A stretch of DNA of 63,024 nt from a virus (taxonomy: Duplodnaviria > Caudoviricetes). Position numbers and translations under genes: made by a program. This document shows positions 45,976 through 55,631 of this stretch, piece after piece. The notes beneath the pieces were generated by a model that did not search any database, was not told the DNA's origin, and saw only the letters and a list, made by a program, of their open reading frames with translations. The stretch lies in the IMG/VR virus record IMGVR_UViG_3300045120_000291, positions 1-63,024 of that record. One strand, given 5' to 3'. Positions within the stretch are counted from its first letter, which is position 1, and every line of letters starts with the position of its first letter.

Positions 45976-46695
45976 TCACTCCATGTCAATGATTTTGTGG
46001 ACCTGTAATTGCAGGATATACCCATGCTTCAAGCACGAGAGGATGACCGCTTCCCGGTTTGCGAGGTTCTTTACCGGATCCTTGTGGTCAGTAGGTTGCA
46101 AGTAGACCGGAATCATTTCATTCTCTGGTCTTGCGACTCGCCCGTTGGAAGGATGTTCAAGCGGCCAGATGGGTAGACCGTCATCCTTGTCTAGGTTGCC
46201 AGCGCTGCCAACATATTTGTAGCAACAGGCGCACTCATGAATCATTGTGCGAACCTTGCCCGCTTTTGGACTACAGACGATATAGACGCCTTTCCGCTCG
46301 TCGGTCGCGCAACTGTATTCGATATCTTCAGGCGGGTTGAAAGTGCCGTTCGTCTCGATCTGCACGAAATAGCCTATCTCGACTAACATGCGCAAAAGAG
46401 GGCCTAGCGCTTGCCTGAAAGGTTCTCCCCCAGTGATAACCACAAGGGTTGTCTTCGTGTTCTGGATTAGGCGGTTTGCTTCCTGGCAGATCTGCGCAGG
46501 GGATAGCGCGACTCGCTTCGATGTGTAGTCGGTGTCGCAGAGGGGACATTGCAAGTTGCATCCTGCAAGTCGAATGAAGATTGCGGGCGTCCCGCAGAAA
46601 GGGCCTTCGCCCTGGATTGTGTGAAAGATTGAATGGACGTCAAGTAACCGACCATTTGATACAACGCGCTTCTCTGGCGGTTGCAGATTGAGCAT
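45976..46695 (-). CDS. queE: 7-carboxy-7-deazaguanine synthase (radical SAM)
   Basis: IF.TIQGEG, FIRLAGCNLQCPLCDT, TGGEP, IETNG, SPK and LQ.HK motifs. Confidence 0.96.
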   Translation of the reverse strand: MLNLQPPEKRVVSNGRLLDVHSIFHTIQGEGPFCGTPAIFIRLAGCNLQCPLCDTDYTSKRVALSPAQICQEANRLIQNTKTTLVVITGGEPFRQALGPLLRMLVEIGYFVQIETNGTFNPPEDIEYSCATDERKGVYIVCSPKAGKVRTMIHECACCYKYVGSAGNLDKDDGLPIWPLEHPSNGRVARPENEMIPVYLQPTDHKDPVKNLANREAVILSCLKHGYILQLQVHKIIDME

Positions 46696-46716
46696 GAATC
46701 ACCTCTGGGATAAGTA

Positions 46717-46741
46717 GCTGGGGCGCGTGATGCGCCCCAGC
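46717..46741 (-). terminator. Terminator-like hairpin
   Basis: GCTGGGGCGC-N5-GCGCCCCAGC downstream of 46785-47282. Confidence 0.55.
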
Positions 46742-46784
46742 GGGTTGACCCGGTGCTAGTGTAGCACCATACAGCGGTGATGTG

Positions 46785-47282
46785 TTACTGGGACGGGGTC
46801 GCAGCCACCGGAGCCGGCGCGCGGCCGGAGATGCCGAAGAACTTGCGCCAGCGGGCGAATTCCGCCTTGACGTTGCCTTCGTTCAGACCCTGTTCCTTGG
46901 AGCGGACCAACGACTCGGCGATGGTTGCCGGGCGCTTCTGCTCGGTCGAGATCTGGTCGAAAATCGCCCAGGCCTTGCCGCAGAGGGTTTCGGGCTTCGG
47001 CCGGCGGACGCCGTTGGACTCGGGCATCTTCTGGGCTTCCTTCGCAGCGAGGGCGTCGGCCTTGGCCTTTTCCTTCGCAGCCGCGTCGTCCTTCTTCTTC
47101 TGTTCCGCAGCAGCCTTGTCGGCGGCTTTCTTTTCATCGGCCGCTTTCTTGTCGGCCGCTTTCTTGGCGTCGGCTTCGGCTTTCTTGCGAGCCTTTTCCT
47201 CGGCCTGCAGCTTGGATTTTTCAGCCTTGTCAGCCGCGGCTTGCGCTTCGGCGGCTACTTGTTCGGGAGTCTTGTCGTTCAT
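46785..47282 (-). CDS. Putative DNA-binding protein with Lys/Ala-rich (histone H1-like) arm
   Basis: KKAAD repeats, then NGVRRPK...LC..AW...E..RWRKF.GI.GR; GAGGT SD. Confidence 0.75.
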   Translation of the reverse strand: MNDKTPEQVAAEAQAAADKAEKSKLQAEEKARKKAEADAKKAADKKAADEKKAADKAAAEQKKKDDAAAKEKAKADALAAKEAQKMPESNGVRRPKPETLCGKAWAIFDQISTEQKRPATIAESLVRSKEQGLNEGNVKAEFARWRKFFGISGRAPAPVAATPSQ

Positions 47283-47326
47283 GTTTACCTCGGTCGGTGG
47301 GAGTTATTTGCCTGGCAGGCAGTTGC

Positions 47327-47355
47327 ACACTACTACGATCATTAGTTGATTGCAA
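47327..47355 (-). promoter_or_regulatory. Sigma70-type promoter
   Basis: TTGCAA-N17-TAGTGT. Confidence 0.5.
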
Positions 47356-47365
47356 GTATTATTTT

Positions 47366-48085
47366 TCAGATACGAGCTTTCATCCAATTACCGAGTTCAT
47401 TGCTGCTTGTGGTCTTCTTTACAGCGTGTTCAGATTCAAGTGTTACCATGATTTCTTTGCGAAGATTCAAGACAACTTTAACGTCTGTCGGCTTGTTGGC
47501 TTTTTCCCAAATGCGGTCCGCTACCGCCCATATAAGCTCGCGGACATTCCCTTGCCTGGGGCCACGCGCTGCCGGCGTAGGCCGGGCAGCCGGTGTGTGT
47601 GGTGCTACCCTACCGGGGGCCGGGGTTGCGGGCCCAGCGGGGCCTGTACGCGGCCGCCGACTTATCAGTTGTTCGTCTTCTGCCTTTGGAAGCACAACAG
47701 GGTCGAGGGCGAACAAATCAGGTTTTTCGAAAGGTACGAATGCGCCTGGCTGATAGAGATATCGTTTGCTGGTCTGCTTCGGAACGCTGGCCGCTTGCTG
47801 CTCAAGCTCGAAGGCGTTGACTTCCCGCGCCGGTATTCGTTCGGCAATTTCGAAGAGGATGTTTCTCATCGAATCGCCAACATTCATCGCCTTCTCGTTG
47901 GTCGTATTCTTGTAGAGAATCATTAACTCGAGGTCAGTGAGCTTCGATAAAAAGTTCTGATCGAGCGGACAGATGTAAGCATGCGCGTTCGGTGCCTCGA
48001 GAAATACGAGGTTACAGACGACGAATGTGTCTTCATGCTTGATAGGCAGGAAGATGAGTTTCTTTCGGTCAAGGACGACGTGCAT
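47366..48085 (-). CDS. Hypothetical protein with Pro/Ala linker and putative DNA-binding C-domain
   Basis: C-terminal PRQG.VR..IW.VAD..WE resembles the neighbouring gene's domain. Confidence 0.7.
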   Translation of the reverse strand: MHVVLDRKKLIFLPIKHEDTFVVCNLVFLEAPNAHAYICPLDQNFLSKLTDLELMILYKNTTNEKAMNVGDSMRNILFEIAERIPAREVNAFELEQQAASVPKQTSKRYLYQPGAFVPFEKPDLFALDPVVLPKAEDEQLISRRPRTGPAGPATPAPGRVAPHTPAARPTPAARGPRQGNVRELIWAVADRIWEKANKPTDVKVVLNLRKEIMVTLESEHAVKKTTSSNELGNWMKARI

Positions 48086-48315
48086 TATTTCGCCGGCGTC
48101 TTGTAGGGACCGCCACGGACGCCTGCAGGCAGTTCGATACAGACCTTGCCGTACAGGGTTTCAGTCCCACAAAGCAGTCCATTTTTCATGACTCTACGGA
48201 CGATCATTTGGGCTTCATCGTCAACGAATTGTGCGCCGCTCTGTTTCTCACCGTTGAAGGTGATAATAGCAGCTTTGACGACTTTCTTATCTGAGTGCAG
48301 GTAGTGAAGTTTCAT
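48085..48315 (-). CDS. Hypothetical protein
   Basis: Stop/start overlaps on both sides. Confidence 0.6.
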   Translation of the reverse strand: MKLHYLHSDKKVVKAAIITFNGEKQSGAQFVDDEAQMIVRRVMKNGLLCGTETLYGKVCIELPAGVRGGPYKTPAK

Positions 48316-48689
48316 CCGTACACCGTTTCGCCGAAGCAGGCGACCTGGATGACCACATCTGCAGAGTTCGCATCGAAGTGCCCACCATCGTGCTCAGTGA
48401 TGGCACGAATCGCATCTTGCTTGGTCTGGTTGAAGTCAGGCGAAGTGATAATCACCTTCAGCGCTTCACGAATCTTGTCGTAATCGACTTCGTGGACGGA
48501 CTGTTCCTCGTCGCTGTCGCCGAACTCGTGGATCTTGGCGGACTTGTAATACAGCGGATGGGATGCGTCGTAGCGCGTCTCCGGTTCGACCTGTGACCAG
48601 TATCCGATTCCACCTTCGATGGCGGTGCTCAGGATACTGGCACACAGTTCGTCGGAGACTTCGAATTCAATCGATACCTTTGTGTTCAT
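48312..48689 (-). CDS. Conserved acidic phage protein
   Basis: A.EGGI.YW and DA..AD..IQ...FGE.VYG motifs. Confidence 0.7.
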   Translation of the reverse strand: MNTKVSIEFEVSDELCASILSTAIEGGIGYWSQVEPETRYDASHPLYYKSAKIHEFGDSDEEQSVHEVDYDKIREALKVIITSPDFNQTKQDAIRAITEHDGGHFDANSADVVIQVACFGETVYG

Positions 48690-50113
48690 ACCATTTCCTC
48701 GATCAGGTGAAGTTCATGGATTGCGCGGGTCGTTGCGACGTAGCAGAGGTTGGCTTCTTGCTGCTTCTGCCACTCCTGACGAGCCCATTTGCTCGGGCAT
48801 GCGCTACGGTTCAGCCAGAAGACGCGGGACGATTCCAAGCCTTTTGACTTGTGAATTGTGGCCAACCGGACTGCGCCTGCTTTATCAGCAAACAGATTGT
48901 AGATAGCGTTGTTGACTTCAGAAATCGTTTCGCTGTCTTCCAGCAGGCACATGATGCAGTCAGCCTTGTCATTGATCTGCTCGATCTTTGCTTCGTCCTG
49001 CTTGACGACCGCTTTTTCGATTTCACGTTCACGCCAGGCAGCCAGCTTGGTGATCAAGTTGTTGACATCTTTAGCATTCAATTTCTTGATCAAAGCGGTG
49101 AGCCCTTGGCCGATCTCGCGTCCCATCACGAACGCAGGAATGCGTTCTTTAATCAGGCGGAAAGCAAGACTGAGGATTGGTCGCGTTGTGCGGCAGACCA
49201 CAAGGTCTTCAGCTTTGAAGATGTCGGTTTTCCAACCTCCGTGGATGACCACAAGGCCTTCGTGTGCGCCCGGTGCCGGTTCGATATGGCTGACCCATTT
49301 GTGCGCGTAGTCGACGATCTGTTGTCCGCAGCGGTAGCTGACAGATAGCGGTAGGGTGATCGCGTCGAAGTCCCGCGCAATGCGGTCCAGGGAGTTGCTA
49401 TCGGCACCGCGGAAGCCGTAGATGGCCTGCGCTGGGTCACCGACCGCTACCATGCGCGTCGTCTTCTTGAACAACTTCTTCAAGAGTGCGCGTTGGATGG
49501 CGTTTGTGTCTTGCGCTTCGTCGACAAAGATGAAGTCGAATTTCGGCAGCGACAGCCCTTCCTTCACCGGGATATAGAGCATATCGTCGAAGTCGAAGTC
49601 TTGCGAGGCGTTACTGTATTCGAGCAGCTTTCGCGACAGAACGATAGCATGGCTCATTTCCGCTTTTTCGTTATCCAATTCCATGTCGTGGTAGTTGACG
49701 ATTTCCAGCCACTTCTCCTCGCTATCGCGAATCAGAACGCCCATGCCTGCTTGCTTGGCCAGTCCGACCAGCTTGCAGCAGAACGATCCGTAGATGTAAG
49801 AATCATCACCGATGAAATGCTTCTGCACTAGATGGCGCAGTTTGTCGGCATTCATTTGACCGCCGAGGTGTCCTTTGACAACTCCGAAGGTCAACGAGTG
49901 GAACGTGCGCGCATTGACCCCGCGAGACTTCAACTCTTCTGCGATGCTTTTATTGAAAGCAAGGAAGATGCTGAGTCCCTTGACACGCTTTAGTGCTTCG
50001 ACAATCGTTGTGGTCTTGCCAGACCCTGCAACAGCTTCAACGATAGCGTTACCCTTGCCAGACTCGACGAAGGTGAAGATGTCTTGCTGATAGTTTGACC
50101 AGTTCTTGTTCAT
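48686..50113 (-). CDS. UvrD/Rep-like SF1 helicase
   Basis: AVAGSGKTTT, VDEAQD, VGD..QAIYGFRGA, SYRC, TIHKSKGLE and YVA.TRA motifs. Confidence 0.95.
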   Translation of the reverse strand: MNKNWSNYQQDIFTFVESGKGNAIVEAVAGSGKTTTIVEALKRVKGLSIFLAFNKSIAEELKSRGVNARTFHSLTFGVVKGHLGGQMNADKLRHLVQKHFIGDDSYIYGSFCCKLVGLAKQAGMGVLIRDSEEKWLEIVNYHDMELDNEKAEMSHAIVLSRKLLEYSNASQDFDFDDMLYIPVKEGLSLPKFDFIFVDEAQDTNAIQRALLKKLFKKTTRMVAVGDPAQAIYGFRGADSNSLDRIARDFDAITLPLSVSYRCGQQIVDYAHKWVSHIEPAPGAHEGLVVIHGGWKTDIFKAEDLVVCRTTRPILSLAFRLIKERIPAFVMGREIGQGLTALIKKLNAKDVNNLITKLAAWREREIEKAVVKQDEAKIEQINDKADCIMCLLEDSETISEVNNAIYNLFADKAGAVRLATIHKSKGLESSRVFWLNRSACPSKWARQEWQKQQEANLCYVATTRAIHELHLIEEMV

Positions 50114-50139
50114 TTGGTTTACCCTGTTAGCTTATACAT

Positions 50140-50168
50140 ATAGTAACAGGCGTTAATTAGTCATGCAA
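50140..50168 (-). promoter_or_regulatory. Sigma70-type promoter
   Basis: TTGCAT-N17-TACTAT; contains TAAC-N4-GTTA. Confidence 0.6.
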
Positions 50169-50178
50169 GGACTTTTTG

Positions 50179-51906
50179 TTAGAATGGAATGTCGTCATCT
50201 GCATACTCCGTAGAGGGCGTCGTTGCACTTTGTCTCGGTTGGGTGTAAGTCTCGATGCTAGGCACATTGACTGAAGCTTCCTCCGTGCCGAACGCTGTCC
50301 CATCGTAACAGAACTTGAGAATCTCTGGGTACTTCTTATTTATCCAGACTCGCATGTGCGTAGGCGTCTTGAAGTGTTCTGCCATTGCTAGCGCTGCATT
50401 CGTAGTCTCAGGGATTGGTCCGGGCCAACGATCTCTAAGCCACTTGCGCGCTTTGTGAGATGCAAATCCTGGATGTTCGATGCACACATACTCTTCGAAC
50501 ATTCGATATTTGCAGTAGTACGACACCTTCATAGAAGGAGGACGGTCGAGTTTCTGGTACAGCGTGTAATTGATATGATTGATTTTGAACGTCTCGACAA
50601 CAGGCAGGTCGCCGCGAATCAACTCCTCAGTTGAAGCGCCTTGCTTCAACTTAGTCTCAAAGACGAACTCATAGTTGCAGGGTCCGCCGTGCTGCATGAC
50701 ACCCGTGCAGAATCGAACGCTCGCGTGAACGTAGCAATTACACTGAGGACAGACTTTGACAGGCGCTTCCCCTGCCCCCTTGCCTTTCTTCTTGGGAATA
50801 ACCGGGTCGTTGATCGGACCGAGGCGCTTCGTGTTGCCAGCGAAGTCAAGGACAAGGCAATTCTCTTTCCCTGGATACGGGCGAGTCCCTCGGCCAAACA
50901 TCTGGACCATTAAGCTCGAAGACGTAGTAGGGCGTAGACACAGAATCAGGTCGATCCAGGGCGAATCGAACCCTGTGGTCAATACGTTGTTGCAGGAGAT
51001 AGCTTGAATCTTACCCGTCTTGAAATCGTTGATCGCTGTATCGCGCTCATTGGTTGACATCTTGGAGTGGACAACCTTGCAGCTGACTCCAAGCGTGTTG
51101 AGAATTTCTGAAATGTGAATTGCGTGGTCGACGCCTGCGCCGAAGATCAGCCAGTGCTTGCGCTGCTCCTTCAATTCGACTGCTTCGCGCAGCGCTGCAT
51201 AAGTGATCTCACTCTTGTCGACAGCGTTCTGCAGTTCAGAGGCAACGAATTCGCCCCCTTGAATATGAACACCATCAATGTTCAGAAGTAGTTCAGTTCG
51301 CTTCGGAATAAGCGGGGACAGAAAACCTTCTGCAATAAGACGATTGAATGCGTTTGCATGAGTGATGTCGAAGCAGACATCCGTGAAGATACCTCCTTCG
51401 TTTGTCAGCTCACCATGCCCAAGGCGCCAATGGGTTGCAGTGAAACCGATGATCTTCAGCAACGGATTAGTCTTTTTGACAGAGGCAAAGAAACGCTGAT
51501 ACATCGTTTCTTGTTCGGGACTAATCAAATGGCATTCGTCTACGATAATTAAATCAATAGGACCGAATTCATGTGCTCGCTTCGCAACCGAAGCAATGCC
51601 GCAGAAGATAATCTTCTGACGGGTGTCGCGCTTGTTGAGACCTGCACTGTAGATGCCTGCTGGCGCAGTCGGCCAAATCTCGATGAACCGCGCATAGTTC
51701 TGTCCAATCAGTTCCTTGACATGCGTCATTACAAGAACTTTCTGGGACGGGTACAGTTTGTAGATGCTTTCTAGGAAACCTGCAATCACGACAGACTTGC
51801 CGGTGCCGGTAGGTAACGCGCAGACCGGATTACCGAAATGCTTCTGGAAGTATTCCCATATGCAGGCGATACATTCAGACTGGTATGAGCGAAGAACTGG
51901 CTTCAT
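50179..51906 (-). CDS. SF2 DExH helicase (RadD/YejH-like)
   Basis: LRSYQ, PTGTGKS, DECH, TAT, LTTGFD, QM.GRG.R and a C-terminal Zn finger; TAATG overlap. Confidence 0.93.
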   Translation of the reverse strand: MKPVLRSYQSECIACIWEYFQKHFGNPVCALPTGTGKSVVIAGFLESIYKLYPSQKVLVMTHVKELIGQNYARFIEIWPTAPAGIYSAGLNKRDTRQKIIFCGIASVAKRAHEFGPIDLIIVDECHLISPEQETMYQRFFASVKKTNPLLKIIGFTATHWRLGHGELTNEGGIFTDVCFDITHANAFNRLIAEGFLSPLIPKRTELLLNIDGVHIQGGEFVASELQNAVDKSEITYAALREAVELKEQRKHWLIFGAGVDHAIHISEILNTLGVSCKVVHSKMSTNERDTAINDFKTGKIQAISCNNVLTTGFDSPWIDLILCLRPTTSSSLMVQMFGRGTRPYPGKENCLVLDFAGNTKRLGPINDPVIPKKKGKGAGEAPVKVCPQCNCYVHASVRFCTGVMQHGGPCNYEFVFETKLKQGASTEELIRGDLPVVETFKINHINYTLYQKLDRPPSMKVSYYCKYRMFEEYVCIEHPGFASHKARKWLRDRWPGPIPETTNAALAMAEHFKTPTHMRVWINKKYPEILKFCYDGTAFGTEEASVNVPSIETYTQPRQSATTPSTEYADDDIPF

Positions 51907-52871
51907 TAGATTACAGGATTGCGTTGGTATTCCTGGCACCCGGTCAACTGAACTTCCTTCGGTATTACCTGATTAAATTTGCCACAAACCCAAGTGGCAT
52001 CCTTCGAGACACTAGCGAACACACAAGTCCGACAGTTTCGATCGGGTGCCGCCTTGAGATGGCAGACAGGCTTGTGGTCACAGTAGGCACACTTATAGAA
52101 TCCAGGAGTCTCGCTTATCTTGGCAGGCGGTACATCCATTTCGATTAGCTTTTCAGCTCGAGCAAGGAACTGATCTGCAATCTCCACGTTCAGCGGAACT
52201 AGCTCAAGGTAGATCTCATCTGTGTTCTTATTAACTGCACCATATAGGCCTATCGGTAGACCCATCTTGCGCATGTAGACTTGCATCTGAACGTAGTGTT
52301 CAAACTTGGCATCTCGAACGCCTTTACCTGTGAAGGGGACTTTAGGCTTTTTTGGGTCAAGCAGATGCTCAACGTATTTCTTCCAGTCCTTACCGGCGAG
52401 CTCGATAAAAGACTTTTCACCATGCGTCTTCCATTCAGTCAACGTGTAGGTATCAGGAAGATCTGGTAGGCCTATGACCACACCATCACCAGAGCCTCCG
52501 AAGTGCCCCTCTGCGTGGGAGATGCGATATTGCTTGCCGGTCTCGTCTTGCTGATAGACTGTGCAACCCATCATAAGAAGCAAGGCAATGAATCTTGCTT
52601 CTTCCAGGTGTCCTCTATTGAACAAACGGATTATGCGTCCGGAAAACCTGGGCTTGGTAGCCCATCTGAAGTTGTACCAGATCGCACGACCACAGTCGCC
52701 CCCAATTAAAGAGGCCCCCATATGAGAGCGATGTCCATCTTCGCCCTGCCTGTAAGCGTCTGCCATTCCTGGCAAGACTATTTCCAGGAAGCCTCGAAAT
52801 CGTTTTCCTTGGTCTGCTTCAACTTGCCTTTCGATTTCGATTAAAGTCTTTTCTGCGAGGTGAACGCCCAT
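51906..52871 (-). CDS. Cas4-like PD-(D/E)xK exonuclease
   Basis: GASLIG..C.R, GS.DG, EWKT, H..QMQ.YM, C..C.....C. Confidence 0.85.
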   Translation of the reverse strand: MGVHLAEKTLIEIERQVEADQGKRFRGFLEIVLPGMADAYRQGEDGHRSHMGASLIGGDCGRAIWYNFRWATKPRFSGRIIRLFNRGHLEEARFIALLLMMGCTVYQQDETGKQYRISHAEGHFGGSGDGVVIGLPDLPDTYTLTEWKTHGEKSFIELAGKDWKKYVEHLLDPKKPKVPFTGKGVRDAKFEHYVQMQVYMRKMGLPIGLYGAVNKNTDEIYLELVPLNVEIADQFLARAEKLIEMDVPPAKISETPGFYKCAYCDHKPVCHLKAAPDRNCRTCVFASVSKDATWVCGKFNQVIPKEVQLTGCQEYQRNPVI

Positions 52872-53089
52872 TAACTCAATCCATGTCTATCGCGGCAACG
52901 GCCGCAGGCTTTGATTACCTTGTCATCTTTCTCGACATCAACGACACGGGAAAAAGTCTCACCGCACAAGTCGCACTCGCCAGGCTGCCCCGGCTCAATT
53001 TTGATTGCTTTCGCATGGATGTTTTTGCAGCTTATTTCGATGTCGAACTCCATGCGTTCTTCAGTCTGGTCTAAATCGTCTATGCACAT
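52871..53089 (-). CDS. DksA/TraR-like C4 zinc-finger protein
   Basis: N-terminal DDLD; CDLCGE...CGRC. Confidence 0.7.
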   Translation of the reverse strand: MCIDDLDQTEERMEFDIEISCKNIHAKAIKIEPGQPGECDLCGETFSRVVDVEKDDKVIKACGRCRDRHGLS

Positions 53090-53103
53090 TGTTCCACTCC
53101 CCT

Positions 53104-53132
53104 AAAAGATACCCGCCCGAAGGCGGGTATCT
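53104..53132 (-). terminator. Rho-independent terminator
   Basis: AGATACCCGCC-TTCG-GGCGGGTATCT then TTT on the minus strand. Confidence 0.8.
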
Positions 53133-53148
53133 GACTAGACAACAGATG

Positions 53149-53934
53149 TCAAGCAGCGGGCTTCTGCCAGGGCGGTACGGCTGCGCCGGCGGTAGCTGCC
53201 GGGTTTGCAGCAGTCAGGGCAGGCGGGCCAGCAGGGGCCGCAGGGGCCGGAGCTGCACCGTTGGCCGGCCAGCTGGTCGGTGCGGGAGCCGCAGGCGCTG
53301 AGGCCGGTACAGGCGGCACACGGGCGACCATCAAGCCACCGGCAATCAGCTGTTCATCGGACCAACCCACATCACGATATTGCTGGTAGGTGAACGTCGC
53401 TGCCGTCGTCATCATCGGCGCAGCAGGCGTCAGATTGGTCGGTGCGGGAGCTGCCGGGGTTGCAGGTTTCGCAAAGCCAGCAGGCGTTGCCGGGATTGCG
53501 GGTGCGCCGGCGGCGCCTGGGGTCGTGCTGTCGGTGGACTCGTTGGCGTTCTTATACATCGTGATCTCGTTCTGGGGCTCGTAGCCGTCTTTCGCAGGCT
53601 TGATCTTGACACGAACCTTCAACGGGATACCGTGGAGTTGCTGCGTGTCCTTGACGTTCAGAACGCCGACCGCATGCGCCAGAGCTGACAACTGCTTGAA
53701 CGAGATTTCCTGCGCAACCGGGTTTGCGTTGCGGATGTTGAAGCCAGTGAAGATCTTTCGACCGGCATACTGCCCGTCCAGGATCGTGAAGCGAACAGCG
53801 AGTCTCGTTCCCAACGTATCGGACGTCGGCTTGATCTCCGTTTCGTCGACCGCTACATCGTACCATCCGGCAGGCACCGGGTCACCAATCCCCATGTCCG
53901 GCGGGACATTGGTTGCATCAAAGTTCAATTCCAT
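53149..53934 (-). CDS. Single-stranded DNA-binding protein (DUF669-like)
   Basis: FDA..V.P...PVPAGWY, G.Y.GRKIF, L..L..AVG, QNEI; Pro/Ala tail ending PPW. Confidence 0.8.
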   Translation of the reverse strand: MELNFDATNVPPDMGIGDPVPAGWYDVAVDETEIKPTSDTLGTRLAVRFTILDGQYAGRKIFTGFNIRNANPVAQEISFKQLSALAHAVGVLNVKDTQQLHGIPLKVRVKIKPAKDGYEPQNEITMYKNANESTDSTTPGAAGAPAIPATPAGFAKPATPAAPAPTNLTPAAPMMTTAATFTYQQYRDVGWSDEQLIAGGLMVARVPPVPASAPAAPAPTSWPANGAAPAPAAPAGPPALTAANPAATAGAAVPPWQKPAA

Positions 53935-53936
53935 GG

Positions 53937-54662
53937 TTACGCTCCAAGTATCTTCGAAAAAACATGCGTCAGGGACGGGTACTCCATTGCATCCAAAGCC
54001 CCTGACCGGTCTTTGGCTTCATACTGCAGATCCGGCTGGGTCTGCAGAAAACGATAGGGATTGCCTTGCTGATCTTTGTTGATACCAAGGCGGAATACTT
54101 CATCAAAGAAGTATGGGAGCTTATGTCCTAGCTTCGCACCAGGCATTGACGGACCGTAGGTGACGATACCCGTCAGCTCGTTTTTGATCGGCTCCATCTT
54201 GGCCGCCATATAGACGTTGAAGTTAGGGAGATCACGGAAAAGACGGATTAGAGTCTCCATCTTCTCGATCAACTCGCCATATGCTTGCCGAGGGTCTTTC
54301 ACTTGGCGCTTGGCGTTGTTGAGCACAACCTCACCAATCTCGGACAGACTGTCAAGTCCAACACTTTGGAATTGACGAGCTTCTGCCGACTGCGCGCACC
54401 AGTTGTAGGCCTGTGTCAGGTCATCTACATTGGCCACTTCGATGATCGGCATGTTGTACGTGATCAAAGGATTTCCGACGCCAAACAGGCGTTCGAGATT
54501 CTTTTGACGGAGGCTCAGTGCGCCTGATTCCGCACTGATTAAAACTGGGGTCGGCAGTGTTGCGGATAGCACAGTTTTACCCATACCTGACCCTCCATAT
54601 ACCAACGCCTTGATGCCGGAAGCAGCTGAACACTGCGAGGCAGTTGTAAAGTTGAGGGCCAT
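53937..54662 (-). CDS. Sak4-like / AAA_24 ATPase (recombinase)
   Basis: LVYGGSGMGKT, DSLSEI, PYFFDEV and AKDRSG motifs. Confidence 0.85.
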   Translation of the reverse strand: MALNFTTASQCSAASGIKALVYGGSGMGKTVLSATLPTPVLISAESGALSLRQKNLERLFGVGNPLITYNMPIIEVANVDDLTQAYNWCAQSAEARQFQSVGLDSLSEIGEVVLNNAKRQVKDPRQAYGELIEKMETLIRLFRDLPNFNVYMAAKMEPIKNELTGIVTYGPSMPGAKLGHKLPYFFDEVFRLGINKDQQGNPYRFLQTQPDLQYEAKDRSGALDAMEYPSLTHVFSKILGA

Positions 54663-54689
54663 AGCTACTCCGAATGTCAGAAGTGTACA

Positions 54690-54718
54690 ATTATACGGCT
54701 GTTTTGCATTTGTCGCAA
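54690..54718 (-). promoter_or_regulatory. Sigma70-type promoter
   Basis: TTGCGA-N17-TATAAT. Confidence 0.65.
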
Positions 54719-54725
54719 GGATTTT

Positions 54726-55631
54726 CTACATATCCTCTGGCGCACGAATGCACTGAAACGTCGGGAAACGTGGTTTGTCTTTGACGCCTTTTGGGAAGTG
54801 CTTATACTTGATCACCTTCGCCACAATGGCTTCAGGATGTTCGAAATAATACTTCCGTTCATCATGTGGCATCTTGCCTGGCGACACTGTGATCATCTTG
54901 CCATCTTTCAAGTTCTTGCATTCGAAGCTGCCAACCATACCATTCGGCACCATATTTGCCTGATGCGTTGAACGGAACGTGTTTCCGAGTTCATTGGTCT
55001 GCGCCACATTACCGTTTTCTTCCCCTTCGGTAATACTGATGACCACAGCTTCCTCTTCGACGAATCGCTTGATTCGAAGTAGGCCGCCTTCCTTAACTGT
55101 GCTGCGACCTTCCTTGTATCGACCTTTCGGGTCGCGGATAATCGTGCCCTCGTACCCGGCGTTCAGGAACTCGCTATCGAGCTCGTTCAACCCCTCGAGG
55201 GAAGGGACCATGTAAGAAGGGATGAGGCGCAGATGGCCGCAACCTTCAATCTGCTGACCTTGTAGCATCGCAACTTGATCTTCGAGTACCTTGTATCGAT
55301 CTTCATACGCCCAGTTTCGCGTATGCGCAGATACGAAGTCGAACACATGCCACAAGGTAAACGGTTCCCCGGTAATGGTACTGAGCGCACTGCTGGTCTT
55401 GCGGCACAGCGCAGGATCCGATTCAGCGGCCGCAGCTAGCTCCCCATCGAACCCGACGAACTGCGGTTTCGAATAGAAGTTAGTCGTGTAGATGTTCTTG
55501 TGTTTCTTGAGGCTGCGACCTGTGAGTGGCCCGTCCAGATTGAGCCCTCTTACACCATCTATTTTCGGTTGTGCGATTAACGGGAAACGAAGTTGCGACT
55601 CTACGAAGTCGTCAGCGAGCATTGGTTTCAA
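54726..55631 (-). CDS. ATP-dependent DNA ligase
   Basis: KPMLA, PKIDGVR, DGEL, VFD, EG.IIR...Y..GRS, PRFP.F...R. Confidence 0.95.
   Translation of the reverse strand: MKPMLADDFVESQLRFPLIAQPKIDGVRGLNLDGPLTGRSLKKHKNIYTTNFYSKPQFVGFDGELAAAAESDPALCRKTSSALSTITGEPFTLWHVFDFVSAHTRNWAYEDRYKVLEDQVAMLQGQQIEGCGHLRLIPSYMVPSLEGLNELDSEFLNAGYEGTIIRDPKGRYKEGRSTVKEGGLLRIKRFVEEEAVVISITEGEENGNVAQTNELGNTFRSTHQANMVPNGMVGSFECKNLKDGKMITVSPGKMPHDERKYYFEHPEAIVAKVIKYKHFPKGVKDKPRFPTFQCIRAPEDM

Noticed and set aside
51906-52871. Cas4-like nuclease as evidence of CRISPR
   Set aside because: No array or other cas genes; it sits in a Sak4/SSB recombination module.
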